In this document: positions 1-11,027 of the stretch, piece by piece
Layout of the letters: every line of letters starts with the position of its first letter
Position numbering within the stretch: the stretch's first letter is position 1
NCBI RefSeq assembly: GCF_000195975.1
Contig: NC_005070.1
Span: forward strand, 1-32,000
Length of the DNA: 32,000 nucleotides
Reading direction: 5' to 3'
Source of the DNA: Parasynechococcus marenigrum WH 8102
GTDB taxonomy: Bacteria > Cyanobacteriota > Cyanobacteriia > PCC-6307 > Cyanobiaceae
Position numbers and translations under genes: made by a program
The notes under the pieces: generated by a model
The model's input: the letters and a program-made list of their open reading frames with translations, nothing else
Databases searched by the model: none
What the model was told of the DNA's origin: nothing

Positions 1-173
1 ATGGGCAGTGTTCCCCATTTCCCCAGGCCCTACGACGACTGTTTTGGTTTTACTTCTTAGAAAGAACTAGAACAAAACAGCCGAAGAACGGTTGGGCTCA
101 ACCAGCCATTGCGCTTCGTTCTCTGCTGTGAAACGGTGGGGCATCGATACCCAGCGAACAGGCCTGCAGCACG

Positions 174-1331
174 ATGAAGGTGGTGTGCTCCCAGTCCGAA
201 CTCAACGCCGCTCTGCAGCTCGTGAGCCGTGCTGTGGCAACCCGCCCTACGCACCCGGTTCTGGCCAATGTGCTGCTGACGGCCGATGCCGGCACCGATC
301 GCCTCAGCCTCACTGGATTTGATCTCAACCTCGGCATCCAGACCTCCCTCGCTGCCAGTGTCGAGACCAGTGGAGCGATCACGCTCCCGGCTCGGCTGCT
401 CGGTGAAATCGTGTCGCGACTGGCCAGTGATTCCCCGCTCACGCTCACCACGGAGGAATCCGGAGAGCAGGTGCAACTCAACAGCCTGAGCGGCAGCTAC
501 CAGATGCGGGGCATGCCGGCCGACGATTACCCGGATCTACCGATGGTGGAAAGCGGCTTGACCCTCAAGCTGCAAGCGTCCGGTTTGGTGCAGGCACTGA
601 AGGGAACCCTCTTTGCCAGCAGCGGTGATGAAGCCAAACAGTTGCTCACAGGCGTTCATCTCAGCTTCACCGATACAAATCTGGAGGCTGCCGCCACCGA
701 TGGTCATCGGTTGGCGGTGTTGCAGGTGAACGATGCCCTTCAGGCTGCAGCTGAGGGTACGGAGGGCGAGGGTGCTGCGTTTGCCGTGACCTTGCCGGCG
801 CGATCCTTGCGTGAGGTCGAACGGTTGGTGGCCGGGTGGCGGTCCGAGGATCCGATCAGCCTGTTCTGTGATCGGGGTCAGGTGGTTTTTCTTGCGGCTG
901 ATCAGATGGTCACGAGCCGCACGCTGGAGGGGACCTACCCCAATTACCGCCAGCTGATTCCCGATGGGTTCAGCCGCACGTTGACCATGGATCGCCGTGC
1001 TCTGGTGGGAGCTCTCGAACGCATTGCGGTGCTTGCCGATCAGCACAACAACGTCGTCAAATTCAGCAGTCAGCCCGAATCAGGCGTGGTGCTGATCAGT
1101 GCCGATGCACAGGATGTTGGCAGTGGCTCGGAGTCTCTCGCCGCAGAACTCAGCGGCGATGCGATTCAGATCGCGTTCAATGTCCGCTACATGCTGGATG
1201 GTTTGAAAGCCATGGCCGGAGATCGTGTGGTTCTTCACTGCAATGCCCCCACCACTCCAGCGGTGTTGCGTCCTGTGGAGGACGGTGATGGTTTCATCTA
1301 CCTCGTGATGCCGGTTCAGATCCGCTCCTGA
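174..1331 (+). CDS. dnaN: DNA polymerase III beta sliding clamp
   Basis: 385-aa ORF with ATG at 174. The translation (MKVVCSQSELNAALQLVSRAV ... YLVMPVQIRS) has the length and the N- and C-terminal signatures of a bacterial beta clamp. It is the first gene of the dnaN-purL-purF block typical of picocyanobacterial genomes. Confidence 0.95.
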   Translation: MKVVCSQSELNAALQLVSRAVATRPTHPVLANVLLTADAGTDRLSLTGFDLNLGIQTSLAASVETSGAITLPARLLGEIVSRLASDSPLTLTTEESGEQVQLNSLSGSYQMRGMPADDYPDLPMVESGLTLKLQASGLVQALKGTLFASSGDEAKQLLTGVHLSFTDTNLEAAATDGHRLAVLQVNDALQAAAEGTEGEGAAFAVTLPARSLREVERLVAGWRSEDPISLFCDRGQVVFLAADQMVTSRTLEGTYPNYRQLIPDGFSRTLTMDRRALVGALERIAVLADQHNNVVKFSSQPESGVVLISADAQDVGSGSESLAAELSGDAIQIAFNVRYMLDGLKAMAGDRVVLHCNAPTTPAVLRPVEDGDGFIYLVMPVQIRS

Positions 1332-1332
1332 A

Positions 1333-2058
1333 TTGGCGCTCCCCGACCAGCTTCTGCTCAGTGATCTGCTGCAGCACACCGTGCGCTGCGATCTAGGGCT
1401 TGACCATGGCCCCGGGGTGATGGCTTGGATTCATCCACCGGTGCATCGTCTGTTGGGATGGGTGAGCCGGCCGTCCGCTTTGCGGTTGACACGTGAGGTG
1501 TGGCGTCTGGATCAATGCTGTGGTCTCACTGACCAGCAGATCTACGTGCGAGGTGAGCCGGCGGTTACCGATCCAGCCACCTTGGATCGACTGCCGACCC
1601 TGTTGGAGTCGGATCTGCTTGCTCGTGATGGAGAGCGCCTTGCTGCTGTGGTGGACCTGGTGTTTGAGCCATCAACCGGGGCCATCGCCCACTATCTGGT
1701 GGCCCGCAGCGATCCTCGTCTTCCAGGAAGTTCCCGCTGGCGGCTGACACCGGAGAGGATCGTGGACCATCAACCCGGCCGGGTGATCACCGCCTTAACG
1801 GGATTGGATGATCTGCCGATGACGCGCGCCAGTGTTCGCCAGGATCTGCTGCGGCGTACCCAACGCTGGCGCGAGCAGTTGCGTGACATGGGCGATCGGG
1901 CTGGGGATCGACTGGAAGGTTGGCTGGAGGATCCGGCCTGGGACGAAACAGAGCGTTCTGAACCACCACAACCGCGCTCGCAGAACGGCCCTGAAATCTG
2001 GGATGACGAGGGATGGCGGGATGGTCGCCGTCAGCGGGATGAGGATCCCTGGGTCTGA
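1333..2058 (+). CDS. conserved hypothetical protein, PRC-barrel-like N-terminal domain with a charged R/D/E/W-rich tail
   Basis: 241-aa ORF starting at TTG 1333, 1 nt after the dnaN stop. There is no competing ORF on either strand with better coding character. From memory, the position directly after dnaN matches a conserved picocyanobacterial hypothetical gene. The start codon and the function are uncertain. Confidence 0.65.
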   Translation: MALPDQLLLSDLLQHTVRCDLGLDHGPGVMAWIHPPVHRLLGWVSRPSALRLTREVWRLDQCCGLTDQQIYVRGEPAVTDPATLDRLPTLLESDLLARDGERLAAVVDLVFEPSTGAIAHYLVARSDPRLPGSSRWRLTPERIVDHQPGRVITALTGLDDLPMTRASVRQDLLRRTQRWREQLRDMGDRAGDRLEGWLEDPAWDETERSEPPQPRSQNGPEIWDDEGWRDGRRQRDEDPWV

Positions 2059-2102
2059 TCCCGCCGTCGGCAACACTGGGAACAGCTGCTGGTCAGTCCC
2101 GC

Positions 2103-4409
2103 GTGTCCTCCCCTGCCTACGACGTTATTGCGGCTCTGAAACAGGAAGGTCTGAAACCGTCGGATTGGCAGGAGATCTGTCGGCGGCTTGGACGGGAGCC
2201 CAACCGTGCCGAGCTGGGAATGTTCGGGGTGATGTGGTCGGAACACTGCTGCTATCGCAACTCCAGGCCGCTGTTGCGGGGGTTTCCAACGGAAGGACCT
2301 CGAATTTTGGTGGGTCCTGGCGAAAATGCCGGTGTGGTCGACCTGGGGGAAGGCCATCGCTTGGCCTTCAAGATTGAAAGCCACAACCACCCCTCGGCTG
2401 TGGAGCCCTTCCAAGGTGCCGCCACCGGCGTCGGCGGCATCCTGCGGGACATCTTCACCATGGGAGCTCGCCCGATCGCGTTGCTGAATGCATTGCGTTT
2501 CGGCCCCCTAGAGGACCCCGTCAACGTTGGGCTGATCGAAGGCGTTGTGGCCGGCATCGCCCATTACGGCAATTGCGTTGGTGTGCCCACCGTTGGTGGT
2601 GAAGTGGCTTTCGATCCCTCCTACGGGGGGAATCCTCTGGTGAACGCCATGGCGTTGGGTCTGATGGAGACCGAAGAGATCGTCAAGTCCGGCGCCCAGG
2701 GGGTGGGGAATCCTGTGGTTTACGTGGGCAGCACCACCGGTCGGGATGGCATGGGCGGCGCCAGTTTCGCCAGTGCTGAACTCAGTGCCGATTCTCTGGA
2801 TGACCGCCCCGCCGTTCAGGTGGGCGATCCCTTCCTGGAAAAAGGGTTGATCGAGGCCTGTCTGGAGGCATTCTCCGGTGGTGATGTGGTGGCTGCTCAG
2901 GACATGGGGGCTGCCGGACTCACCTGCAGCTGTTCGGAAATGGCGGCCAAAGGTGGTCTGGGGGTTGAGCTCGACCTCGATCGGGTTCCGGCCCGCGAAG
3001 AGGGCATGACGGCCTACGAATTTCTGCTCTCGGAGTCCCAGGAGCGGATGTTGTTTGTGGTGAAGGCCGGCCGTGAAGAGGCGCTGATGCAGCGCTTCCG
3101 ACGCTGGGGTCTGCAGGCCGCTGTGGTGGGTCAGGTGCTGCAGGAACCCTTGGTGCGCGTGCTGCATCACGGCGAGGTGGCCGCCGAGGTGCCGGCCACC
3201 GCTTTGGCGGATGACACGCCCATTGAGCAGCACGAGCTGTTGCAGGAGCCTCCTGCGGATCTTCAGGAGCTTTGGCAATGGCAGGAGAGTCAACTCCCTG
3301 CTTTGGACGACCCTGCAAGCGTTCTGTTGACCTTGCTTGATGATCCGACCATCGCCAGCAAGCGGTGGGTGCATCGCCAGTACGACCAGCAGGTGCTCGC
3401 CAATACGGTGGTTTCTTCTGGAGCAGCGGATGCCGCTGTGGTGCGCTTGCGGCCGCAGCAGGGTCAGGGATCCATGGAATCTGTGCAGCGGGGTGTGGCT
3501 GCCACGGTGGATTGCCCCAACCGTTGGGTGGCTTTGGATCCCGAGCGTGGTGCTCAGGCGGCCGTTGCTGAAGCTGCCCGCAACCTGAGTTGCGTCGGTG
3601 CAGAACCATTGGCGATCACCGACAACCTTAATTTCCCTTCGCCGGAAACACCCAAGGGGTACTGGCAGCTGGCCATGGCTTGCCGTGGGATCGCGGAGGC
3701 CTGCCGTGCTCTGAACACACCGGTCACCGGCGGCAACGTCTCCCTCTACAACGAGACCCGCCGTGATGACGGCACGCTTCAACCCATCCATCCGACCCCG
3801 GTGGTGGGCATGGTCGGCTTGGTGGAGAACATCGAGCGGGTGGTTGGTCTGGGTTGGCGACAACCCGGTGATGCGGTGTTGTTGCTGGGTGTGGCACCCG
3901 ATGAACAGGGAGATGACCGCCTTGGTCTTGCCGGCAGCAGCTATCAGATGCTGGTCAGCGGGGTGTTGGCGGGTCGGCCACCACGGGTGGATTTCGAGTT
4001 GGAACGTGGGGTTCAGCAGTTGTTGCGGCAGGCGATTGATGCTGGGTTGTTGGCCTCGGCCCACGACAGCAGCGATGGCGGTCTCGCTGTAGCCCTTGCG
4101 GAAAGCAGCATTGCGTCATCTCTTGGCGTTGAACTGAAGCTCAATGGGCGACCTGAGGGCCTGACGCGAACGTTGTTTGCTGAAGGTGGTGCCCGGGTGG
4201 CGATTTCAGTGAAAGCTGAATGCCGGCCGCAGTGGGATCAGCTTGCGGCTGAGTCGACGGTTCCCATCACTGAACTCGGTGTGGTGAACGATGGTTCAAC
4301 ATTCCGGATCCACTGCGGTGAGAAGGATGTCCAGTGGTCGTTGGCTGATCTGAAGCGGGCCCATCAGGAGGGTTTGCCGCGCCGGATCGGGGGTGAGGCA
4401 GAATCCTGA
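2103..4409 (+). CDS. purL: phosphoribosylformylglycinamidine synthase subunit PurL (FGAM synthase II)
   Basis: 768-aa ORF with a GTG start. The N-terminus ...[26 protein letters not shown]..., the motif [29 protein letters not shown] and the duplicated AIR-synthase-like architecture are diagnostic of small PurL. Confidence 0.95.
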   Translation: MSSPAYDVIAALKQEGLKPSDWQEICRRLGREPNRAELGMFGVMWSEHCCYRNSRPLLRGFPTEGPRILVGPGENAGVVDLGEGHRLAFKIESHNHPSAVEPFQGAATGVGGILRDIFTMGARPIALLNALRFGPLEDPVNVGLIEGVVAGIAHYGNCVGVPTVGGEVAFDPSYGGNPLVNAMALGLMETEEIVKSGAQGVGNPVVYVGSTTGRDGMGGASFASAELSADSLDDRPAVQVGDPFLEKGLIEACLEAFSGGDVVAAQDMGAAGLTCSCSEMAAKGGLGVELDLDRVPAREEGMTAYEFLLSESQERMLFVVKAGREEALMQRFRRWGLQAAVVGQVLQEPLVRVLHHGEVAAEVPATALADDTPIEQHELLQEPPADLQELWQWQESQLPALDDPASVLLTLLDDPTIASKRWVHRQYDQQVLANTVVSSGAADAAVVRLRPQQGQGSMESVQRGVAATVDCPNRWVALDPERGAQAAVAEAARNLSCVGAEPLAITDNLNFPSPETPKGYWQLAMACRGIAEACRALNTPVTGGNVSLYNETRRDDGTLQPIHPTPVVGMVGLVENIERVVGLGWRQPGDAVLLLGVAPDEQGDDRLGLAGSSYQMLVSGVLAGRPPRVDFELERGVQQLLRQAIDAGLLASAHDSSDGGLAVALAESSIASSLGVELKLNGRPEGLTRTLFAEGGARVAISVKAECRPQWDQLAAESTVPITELGVVNDGSTFRIHCGEKDVQWSLADLKRAHQEGLPRRIGGEAES

Positions 4410-5898
4410 AGGAAGTCTGAAGTCGAGGCGCTCAGTGCATGTGCTGAAGGCAGAGCGTCCCGATCGGATGGAAGAGGCCTGCGGTGTCTTCGCCGTTCTG
4501 GCCGGGGAACAACCGGTGGCGAACCTGGCTTATTTCGGTCTGTATGCCCTGCAGCATCGAGGCCAGGAATCGGCTGGCATCGCGGTGTTCAACGAAGGCA
4601 AGGTTCGCCTTCATAAGGACATGGGCCTGGTCAGCCAGGTGTTTGACCAGGACGTGCTGGCCCGCATGCCTGGAGACCTGGCCATCGGCCACAACCGCTA
4701 CTCCACCACGGGCAGCAGCCGGGTGTGCAATGCCCAGCCTGTGGTGTTGATGACGCGGCTGGGGGCCTTTGCTTTGGCCCACAACGGCAACCTGGTGAAT
4801 GCCCGCGAATTGCGGGAGTTGGTGGACGACGGACAGGCGGAGTTCACCTCAACAACGGATTCGGAACTGATCGCCTTCGCTGTGCAGCAGGCGGTGGATC
4901 GTGGGCTCGACTGGTCAGATGCCATAGAGGCCGCGCTCAAGCTGTGTCGGGGTGCGTTCAGCCTTGCCATCGGAACGCCGGATGGTCTGTTTGCTGTACG
5001 CGACGGTCATGGCATCCGTCCTTTGGTGTTCGGCACGCTGGGGGATCCAGCCACTGGTCATTGGGTGGTGAGCAGTGAGACCTGTGGCTTGGAGATCATC
5101 GGCGCCCGCTATGTCGATGATGTCCAGCCCGGTGAATTGGTCCGGTTTGAACTCGGATCAGCAGAGCCTCAGCGTCGGCGTTGGAGTGAGGAACCGAACC
5201 GCCTGTGCGTGTTCGAGATGATTTATTTCGCCAGGCCGGACAGTCAGTTCTTCGGCGAGTCCCTCTACAGCTACCGCCAGCGCATTGGACGAACCCTTGC
5301 TCGCGAGTCGTGCGTGGAGGCTGATCTGGTGATCGGTGTCCCAGATTCCGGCATTCCTGCAGCCATTGGTTTTTCTCAGGAAAGTGGCATCCCCTACGGC
5401 GATGGTCTGATCAAGAACCGTTATGTCGGCCGTACTTTCATCCAGCCCACCCAGGCGATGCGGGAAGCGGGCATTCGGGTGAAACTCAACCCTCTGCCGG
5501 ATGTGCTGGCCGGAAAGCGCTTGATCGTGATTGATGACTCGATCGTGCGTGGCACCACCAGCCGCAAATTGGTGGTGGCGTTACGGGATGCCGGTGCCAC
5601 TGAAGTGCACATGCGGATCAGTTCGCCTCCGGTGACGCATCCCTGCTTTTACGGGATCGACACCGACACCCAGGATCAACTGATCGCCGCTCAGATGACC
5701 CTTGAGCAGATCAAGGATCACCTCAAAGTGGATTCTCTGGCTTACCTCAGCAAGGAAGGAATGCTCGAGGCTGCGAAGGCTGAGTCCGGCCATTTCTGCA
5801 GCGCCTGTTTTGACGGGCAATACCCGATCCCCATGGATCAGACGTTGCTGTCCAGCAAATTGATGATGGAGCCTGCGGGGATTGCTGCGACGTCTTGA
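4393..5898 (+). CDS. purF: amidophosphoribosyltransferase
   Basis: The ORF contains the Ntn nucleophile context [10 protein letters not shown], the glutamine amidotransferase class II domain, the PRTase motif [14 protein letters not shown], and C-terminal Cys residues for the 4Fe-4S cluster. The start is uncertain. GTG 4393 overlaps purL by 17 nt, and ATG 4468 (MEEAC...) is the more conservative start. Confidence 0.92.
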   Translation: MRQNPEGSLKSRRSVHVLKAERPDRMEEACGVFAVLAGEQPVANLAYFGLYALQHRGQESAGIAVFNEGKVRLHKDMGLVSQVFDQDVLARMPGDLAIGHNRYSTTGSSRVCNAQPVVLMTRLGAFALAHNGNLVNARELRELVDDGQAEFTSTTDSELIAFAVQQAVDRGLDWSDAIEAALKLCRGAFSLAIGTPDGLFAVRDGHGIRPLVFGTLGDPATGHWVVSSETCGLEIIGARYVDDVQPGELVRFELGSAEPQRRRWSEEPNRLCVFEMIYFARPDSQFFGESLYSYRQRIGRTLARESCVEADLVIGVPDSGIPAAIGFSQESGIPYGDGLIKNRYVGRTFIQPTQAMREAGIRVKLNPLPDVLAGKRLIVIDDSIVRGTTSRKLVVALRDAGATEVHMRISSPPVTHPCFYGIDTDTQDQLIAAQMTLEQIKDHLKVDSLAYLSKEGMLEAAKAESGHFCSACFDGQYPIPMDQTLLSSKLMMEPAGIAATS

Positions 5899-8373
5899 TC
5901 AGCTGGTTTTCAGAGCTACCACTGAAAAAACCTGCTCTTTGCTGTTCAGATCAAGTTGATTGCCCCAGGACTGGCCTGGTGCTGTTAATTCAACTGCACT
6001 GGCGTCCAGTCTTCCATGGCGTTTCTGATCGGTCACGATTCCGGCCAGGGAATCTCCGGAACAAAGTCCAGCCACGGAGTCTTCATCGGCACTGAGCACA
6101 ACCGCCATGATTCCCAGATCTCCCCGTTGGCAACGACGCAGTGGAGTGAGGTCGATCCGCGTCATCTGACCTTTGCGGCTGACCAGCAGCAGGGTTGGAT
6201 CTGTTTCAGCTACGTCGATCGACAGGCTCCCCACGAGTTCTTCTCCGGGAAGAAGACGCATGGTCATCGGTCCCTGCGCCAGACGCCCCATCTTGGGCAG
6301 CACGGAATCATTCACGGGCAGCCGCAGCAGACGCCCCATACTGCTGACCAAGACCAGATCGCTGTGCTCGCGACAGATCACGGCTGAACAAAGGCTCAAG
6401 CCTTCCTTCAACTTCACCACGCTGGTGGCTCGGCCGGAGAGGTCCAGAACGTCGGCCAGGGGGAGTCGCTTAAAGCGTCCATCGCTGCTGAGCAGCCCAA
6501 GGCTGAACTCTGTGCCATCACCCACGGGGAGTTCCAAGATGGCGATCAATGGGTCACCGTCAAGACCGCTGGGTAGAAATTTCTCCAGGGATCCAGGCTG
6601 TTGTCCGGCGAATTCCCAGCGGACCAAAGCAACGCGCCCGCTGGCGCTGACCCCCAGGAGTCGAGGTGATGGTTCGATTGGGAGGATGACCTGTGCCGGA
6701 GAGGGGTGGTCACCCACGGCACAAGGTTCGGACAGGTGCATGCGACCCAGCACCGGGGGACTCATCACCTTCACCTGCCCATCAGCTTGGATGAGCAATC
6801 GTGCATCGGCAGGCAAGGCCTCCAGGGCCTGCTGACGCAGCAGCTCAGTGTTGGGTCGCTGGCTGGCGGCCCGTTCTGCCATCAGAGCATCGCCACCTTC
6901 CACCAGTCGCGTCCGGCGCGGCGTGCTGAAGCGCTTTTTCAGTCCCTTCAGCTCCTGGACCATGGCATCGAGCAGTTGATCCCGGTTGTCCAGCAGCAGG
7001 CGCAAACGTTCCCGTTCCGCTTGCAGCTCCTCGAGTTCCTGACGCAGGCTTTCCTGTTCCAGACCAGTCAACCGTCGCAGTGGCATGGCCAGAACGGCGT
7101 CAGCCTGGCGTTCACTCAAATCGAGGCGCACCATCAGGCTGGCTCGCGCCGAAGCAGCATCGCGAGCTTCTTGAATCATCGTGATCACTGCCTGAAGGTT
7201 GTTCAGCGCGGTGATCAGGCCGTCGACCACTTCAAGGCGGTCTTCCGTTTTGCGCAAAGCATGGCTGGTGCGCCGGATCAGGGTTAGTTCCCTGTAATCC
7301 AGGAAGGTCTGCAACAACTGGCGTAGGGAGAGCTGGCGGGGCTGACCATCAACAAGGGCCAGAAGGATGGCACCGAAGTTGCTCTGCAGCGCCGTGCGCC
7401 GTTGCAGATCAGCCAGCACCTTGGCTGGATCGGCATCGCGTCGCAGCTCCACCACCACCCGCATTCCTTCGCGGTCGCTTTCATCGCGGATGTCGGCGAT
7501 GCCGCCGATCTTTCCGTCATTCACCGATTCCGCCAGCTTTTCGATCCAGCCGGCTTTGCTCAGCTGGTAGGGGAGTTCCGTCACCACAACGGCATTACGT
7601 TTGTGGTGACCCTTGCCGGGTTGCACTTCTTCGATGTGGGCAATCCCACGCATCGGGATGCTGCCCCGTCCCACCAGGTAGGTGTCGCGGAGGCCACTGC
7701 TCAGCAGTACCTCCCCACCCGTTGGGAAATCAGGTCCTGGAATGAGTTCCAGCAGTTTGCTGTCGCTGAGTTCCGGTTGACGAATCAAGGCCACTAGGCC
7801 ATCCACCACTTCGCCGAGGTTGTGGGGAGGGATGCTGGTGGCCATGCCCACGGCAATGCCCGAACAGCCGTTCAGCAGGAGAAAGGGCAGTTGCGCCGGC
7901 AGCACGGTGGGTTCCTGCTGGGACCCATCGAAATTCGGTGCGAAATCAACGGTGTCGTCGCCGATTTCCTCCAGCAATGCCTGGTGAGCAATCGGTGCCA
8001 GGCGTGTTTCGGTGTAACGCATGGCTGCCGGCGGATCATCGTCGACAGAACCGAAGTTTCCGTGACCATCCAGTAGTGGGTGTCGACTGGCGAAGGTCTG
8101 AACAAGCCGGACCAAGGCGTCATAAACCGCTTGATCGCCGTGGGGGTGGTATTTGCCCAAGACGTCGCCGACGACGCGGGCGCACTTGCGGTACGGCCGG
8201 TCTGGGGTGAGCCCCAGTTCCTGCATCGCATAGAGAATCCGGCGTTGCACCGGTTTCAAGCCGTCGCGGGCATCGGGCAAGGCCCTGCCCACGATCACAC
8301 TCATGGCGTATTCGAGGTAGGAACGCTGCATCTCCTGATGCAGGGCAATCGATTCAACGCGCTCCTCAGCCAT
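5899..8373 (-). CDS. DNA gyrase/topoisomerase IV subunit A family protein (ParC-like, no GyrA box seen)
   Basis: 824-aa ORF. The N-terminus ([32 protein letters not shown]) and the active-site Tyr context AAMRYTE are type IIA topoisomerase A-subunit signatures. The C-terminal domain lacks a QRRGGKG-type GyrA box. Confidence 0.9.
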   Translation of the reverse strand: MAEERVESIALHQEMQRSYLEYAMSVIVGRALPDARDGLKPVQRRILYAMQELGLTPDRPYRKCARVVGDVLGKYHPHGDQAVYDALVRLVQTFASRHPLLDGHGNFGSVDDDPPAAMRYTETRLAPIAHQALLEEIGDDTVDFAPNFDGSQQEPTVLPAQLPFLLLNGCSGIAVGMATSIPPHNLGEVVDGLVALIRQPELSDSKLLELIPGPDFPTGGEVLLSSGLRDTYLVGRGSIPMRGIAHIEEVQPGKGHHKRNAVVVTELPYQLSKAGWIEKLAESVNDGKIGGIADIRDESDREGMRVVVELRRDADPAKVLADLQRRTALQSNFGAILLALVDGQPRQLSLRQLLQTFLDYRELTLIRRTSHALRKTEDRLEVVDGLITALNNLQAVITMIQEARDAASARASLMVRLDLSERQADAVLAMPLRRLTGLEQESLRQELEELQAERERLRLLLDNRDQLLDAMVQELKGLKKRFSTPRRTRLVEGGDALMAERAASQRPNTELLRQQALEALPADARLLIQADGQVKVMSPPVLGRMHLSEPCAVGDHPSPAQVILPIEPSPRLLGVSASGRVALVRWEFAGQQPGSLEKFLPSGLDGDPLIAILELPVGDGTEFSLGLLSSDGRFKRLPLADVLDLSGRATSVVKLKEGLSLCSAVICREHSDLVLVSSMGRLLRLPVNDSVLPKMGRLAQGPMTMRLLPGEELVGSLSIDVAETDPTLLLVSRKGQMTRIDLTPLRRCQRGDLGIMAVVLSADEDSVAGLCSGDSLAGIVTDQKRHGRLDASAVELTAPGQSWGNQLDLNSKEQVFSVVALKTS

Positions 8374-8418
8374 GTCGTCCGCCGGTCCACTCGCGGAAGG
8401 GGCTCAGCCTACAGACGT

Positions 8419-9309
8419 TCACTGGCGTTTTTTCCAGGTTGCGTTGGCTTGGGCCCGTTCCACACTGCTGGCCATCTCCGGTACCTCCAAAAGCAAAGCT
8501 GCAGCCCGCCGGATTTTTGCTCCCCATAGTTGCTCGATTTGATGAGGTGTCAAAACGTAATTGGGTTCCTGATCTAGGGCCTCACGAGCCATCTTCAAGG
8601 GAATCTCTGAATTGTCTCCCTGGTGGTGCAGTGCTGCAGCGAGAGCCAGCATCGGTTCAGGATTGTTCTCGAGCTTGAGAACGGCACGCCAGCGACGGAT
8701 TGCTTCATCGGCGTTACCCATCTCATAAAGGACAAGGGCCTGGTTGTTGAGAGCTTCCCAGAAGTCAGGCTTCAGGTTTGTTGCTTGTTCAAAGGAATTA
8801 AGGGCGCCCGGTAAGTCCTTGAGCATGATCCGTGCATTGCCGAGATCGAAGTAAGCCGAGGGGTTGTCAGGATTCAGCTCAAGTCCGCGTTGAATCAAAG
8901 GAATGGCTTCCTCTGGTCGCTTATCCCTCAAAACGAGTGCTGCTTGAGCAAACCAAAGACTGGCTTTTTCTGGATTGAGCTCCTTGGCCCGAGCCAGGGA
9001 ATAGCTGGCTTGCTCAAGGTCATCACTGCGCAGTTGTGCTTCTGCCAGTACGGACCACAGACGTTCATCCCGTGGATCCAGACGAACGGCCAGGGCGCCT
9101 AGTTGGGCAGCTTCCTTGGGTTGACCCATCTGAAGCAACTGGGCAGCTGTGCGACCGATCCCAATCGCAGATCCCTTCAGCTCCTCTGAACTTGGGACAT
9201 ACACATAAGGGGTGACGGCATCTGCAGCCGGCGCGACAGAGAGTGCTGAGACGCTCAACAACGCAACAAGGAAGCGTTGTTGAATCCTCTTGATCAGCAC
9301 TTGTGACAC
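8419..9309 (-). CDS. TPR repeat protein with N-terminal signal peptide
   Basis: 296-aa ORF with a GTG start. It has a hydrophobic leader ...LVALLSVSALSVAPAADA followed by repeated 34-residue A/L/Y/G/N-patterned units (e.g. AYFDLGNARIMLKDLPGALNSFEQATNLKPDF). It lies directly downstream of the topoisomerase gene on the same strand. Confidence 0.8.
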   Translation of the reverse strand: MSQVLIKRIQQRFLVALLSVSALSVAPAADAVTPYVYVPSSEELKGSAIGIGRTAAQLLQMGQPKEAAQLGALAVRLDPRDERLWSVLAEAQLRSDDLEQASYSLARAKELNPEKASLWFAQAALVLRDKRPEEAIPLIQRGLELNPDNPSAYFDLGNARIMLKDLPGALNSFEQATNLKPDFWEALNNQALVLYEMGNADEAIRRWRAVLKLENNPEPMLALAAALHHQGDNSEIPLKMAREALDQEPNYVLTPHQIEQLWGAKIRRAAALLLEVPEMASSVERAQANATWKKRQ

Positions 9310-9318
9310 CCAATTTCG

Positions 9319-10284
9319 TCAAAGGCTAGAGGGAGGATTCGGTTGTGCTGCCGCAGCGTTGCGTCGCCACATCCAGGGTTTGATGCGACGGAGAGCTGAT
9401 CCCTGCAAGTGGGTGTCCCAGGTTGTGGCGTCCCAGGTCTCCAGCGTGTCTTTATTGAGATTGAGAAGCCAGGGGCGCGGTTGCAGTTCGGGGTCGTCAG
9501 AGCTCGGTAGTCGCTGATGGTTCCAGGGGCAGACCTCCTGGCAGATGTCGCAGCCGGCGACCCACGGGCCAAGGGCATCAGCGATCTGATCTGGAAGTTC
9601 AGCGTCTCGATTTTCGATGGTGTGAAAAGCGATGCATCGGCGGGAATCGACGACGAACGGTTCAGTGATGGCGTCTGTCGGACAGGCATCCATGCAAGCT
9701 TTGCAGCGACCGCAAAGGCTTCGAGCCGGTTCATCGGGTTCGAGATCCAAGGTGGTGAGCAGATGGCCGATCACCATCCACGACCCCCGTTGGCTGTTGA
9801 TGAGGTTGCTGTGTTTACCGATCCAGCCCAGACCGGCTTCCTCCGCCCAGGCCTTGTCCAGCAGCGGTGCGGAATCCACACAAGCTTTCCATTCGCAATC
9901 TGGATGCTGGTCTGACAACCAACGCCCCACGCGGCGGAGCCGCTGGTCCACGACCCGGTGGTAATCACGTCCCCATCCGTAACGAGCCACACGAAGTGAG
10001 CCTGGTGCCGCTTGCACGTCCACGTGGTAATTCAGACCGACCGCCAGAAGGCTGCGGGCACCCTTCAACAACGTTGTCGGGTCCTTCCTGCGCGGTGCGG
10101 CCATCCAGCCCATGTCCGCCTGATGGCCCGCCTCCAGCCAACGCTCTAGTGCGGCTGTTCTGAGCTGGAGTCTCCTGCTTCCCGGAAGCCGTGCGATTCC
10201 GACCGGTGAGAATCCTTCGGTCTCTGCCCGTTGCTTCAGCATATGGCTCAACTGCTGATCTGATGGGATTGGTAGTTCCGACAT
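9319..10284 (-). CDS. queG: epoxyqueuosine reductase
   Basis: 321-aa ORF with two 4Fe-4S ferredoxin motifs (CGRCKACMDACPTDAI and CDICQEVCPWN) in the QueG arrangement, plus the typical N-terminal LKQRA..GF..VGIA region. Confidence 0.88.
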   Translation of the reverse strand: MSELPIPSDQQLSHMLKQRAETEGFSPVGIARLPGSRRLQLRTAALERWLEAGHQADMGWMAAPRRKDPTTLLKGARSLLAVGLNYHVDVQAAPGSLRVARYGWGRDYHRVVDQRLRRVGRWLSDQHPDCEWKACVDSAPLLDKAWAEEAGLGWIGKHSNLINSQRGSWMVIGHLLTTLDLEPDEPARSLCGRCKACMDACPTDAITEPFVVDSRRCIAFHTIENRDAELPDQIADALGPWVAGCDICQEVCPWNHQRLPSSDDPELQPRPWLLNLNKDTLETWDATTWDTHLQGSALRRIKPWMWRRNAAAAQPNPPSSL

Positions 10285-10318
10285 CGTTCCTAGGATCGTC
10301 GGACATACGCATTGTCAG

Positions 10319-10978
10319 GTGGCAGCAACGGACATGGGAGCAGGGGATAGCCGTTTGGCACCTCTGCTGCGTTGGCTTGGCCTCACGATGGTGGTGATCC
10401 TGTTGCTGCAGATGGCAGCTGTTCTGGTCGGGGTTGATTGGTCGGATGACACCACACGACCCCAAGTCACCGGCCCGCTGGTGGCCCTGGCTCCCTTGGG
10501 TTTTCTCGGGCTGTTGGTGGCCTTGATGGGGGATCGGTTGGACAATCCACGTCGTCGCCAAACGCCCCTGCGGTGGTTGATCTGCGGCCTTTCAGCCCTG
10601 CTGGCTGTGGGGATGTTGCTTGCGATTCCGTTCTCACTTGATGGAGCCTCCGGTGATCCAGCACAGGCTGAGAACCTTGAACAGGGCCGCCTGGCCCTTG
10701 TGGAAGCCAGGCAATTCAGAGCCGACGACGAACGGGTCAAGGCAGTTGGTGAACAGTTGGCTCAAGCCGGTCAGTTGGCAGCGGATGCCAGTGACGAGGA
10801 CAAGATCAAGGCGGCTGAAACCTTGATTGATGAGCAGATCGCTCAGATGGATCAGCAGCTGAAAAAGGTTGAAGGTCAACAGAACCGCCAGAGCCAGCAA
10901 CTGTTGATCGGTGGAACCGCCAGCGCCGCTGTTTTGGCAGTGGCTTTTGTACTGCTGGCACTCACGGCTGTGCTCTGA
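10319..10978 (+). CDS. conserved membrane protein (about 4 TM segments plus a central Q/E/A-rich coiled coil), function unknown
   Basis: 219-aa ORF. Hydrophobic segments sit at the N-terminus, in the middle and at the extreme C-terminus, and they flank a coiled-coil-like stretch (AQAENLEQGRLALVEARQF...QMDQQLKKVEGQQNRQSQQ). The start is GTG 10319 or ATG 10334. Confidence 0.6.
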   Translation: MAATDMGAGDSRLAPLLRWLGLTMVVILLLQMAAVLVGVDWSDDTTRPQVTGPLVALAPLGFLGLLVALMGDRLDNPRRRQTPLRWLICGLSALLAVGMLLAIPFSLDGASGDPAQAENLEQGRLALVEARQFRADDERVKAVGEQLAQAGQLAADASDEDKIKAAETLIDEQIAQMDQQLKKVEGQQNRQSQQLLIGGTASAAVLAVAFVLLALTAVL

Positions 10979-11027
10979 TCGCTGGTTAGGTTGGTCTGAC
11001 TCAACCGATCCCGGGTGCAGAGGCTCC

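Noticed and set aside
1-173. Possible oriC / DnaA boxes upstream of dnaN
   Set aside because: I looked for TTTTCCACA/TGTGGAAAA-like 9-mers. The best candidates (tttccccag near 18-26, tgtgaaacg near 128-136) have 3-4 mismatches. Only 173 nt are visible, so if an origin exists it mostly lies beyond the window edge.
2508-4064. 518-aa ORF antisense to purL
   Set aside because: It lies entirely inside the well-supported purL gene on the opposite strand. The translation is low-complexity (G/H/R/Q/L-rich) with no recognisable motifs. Long stop-free antisense frames are expected at about 60-65% GC.
10911-11027. N-terminal extension of the DUF502 ORF (start at 10911)
   Set aside because: It would overlap the preceding membrane-protein gene by 68 nt, and it encodes a Trp/Cys/Leu-rich peptide unlike DUF502 N-termini. 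The conserved DUF502 sequence begins after TTG 11028.
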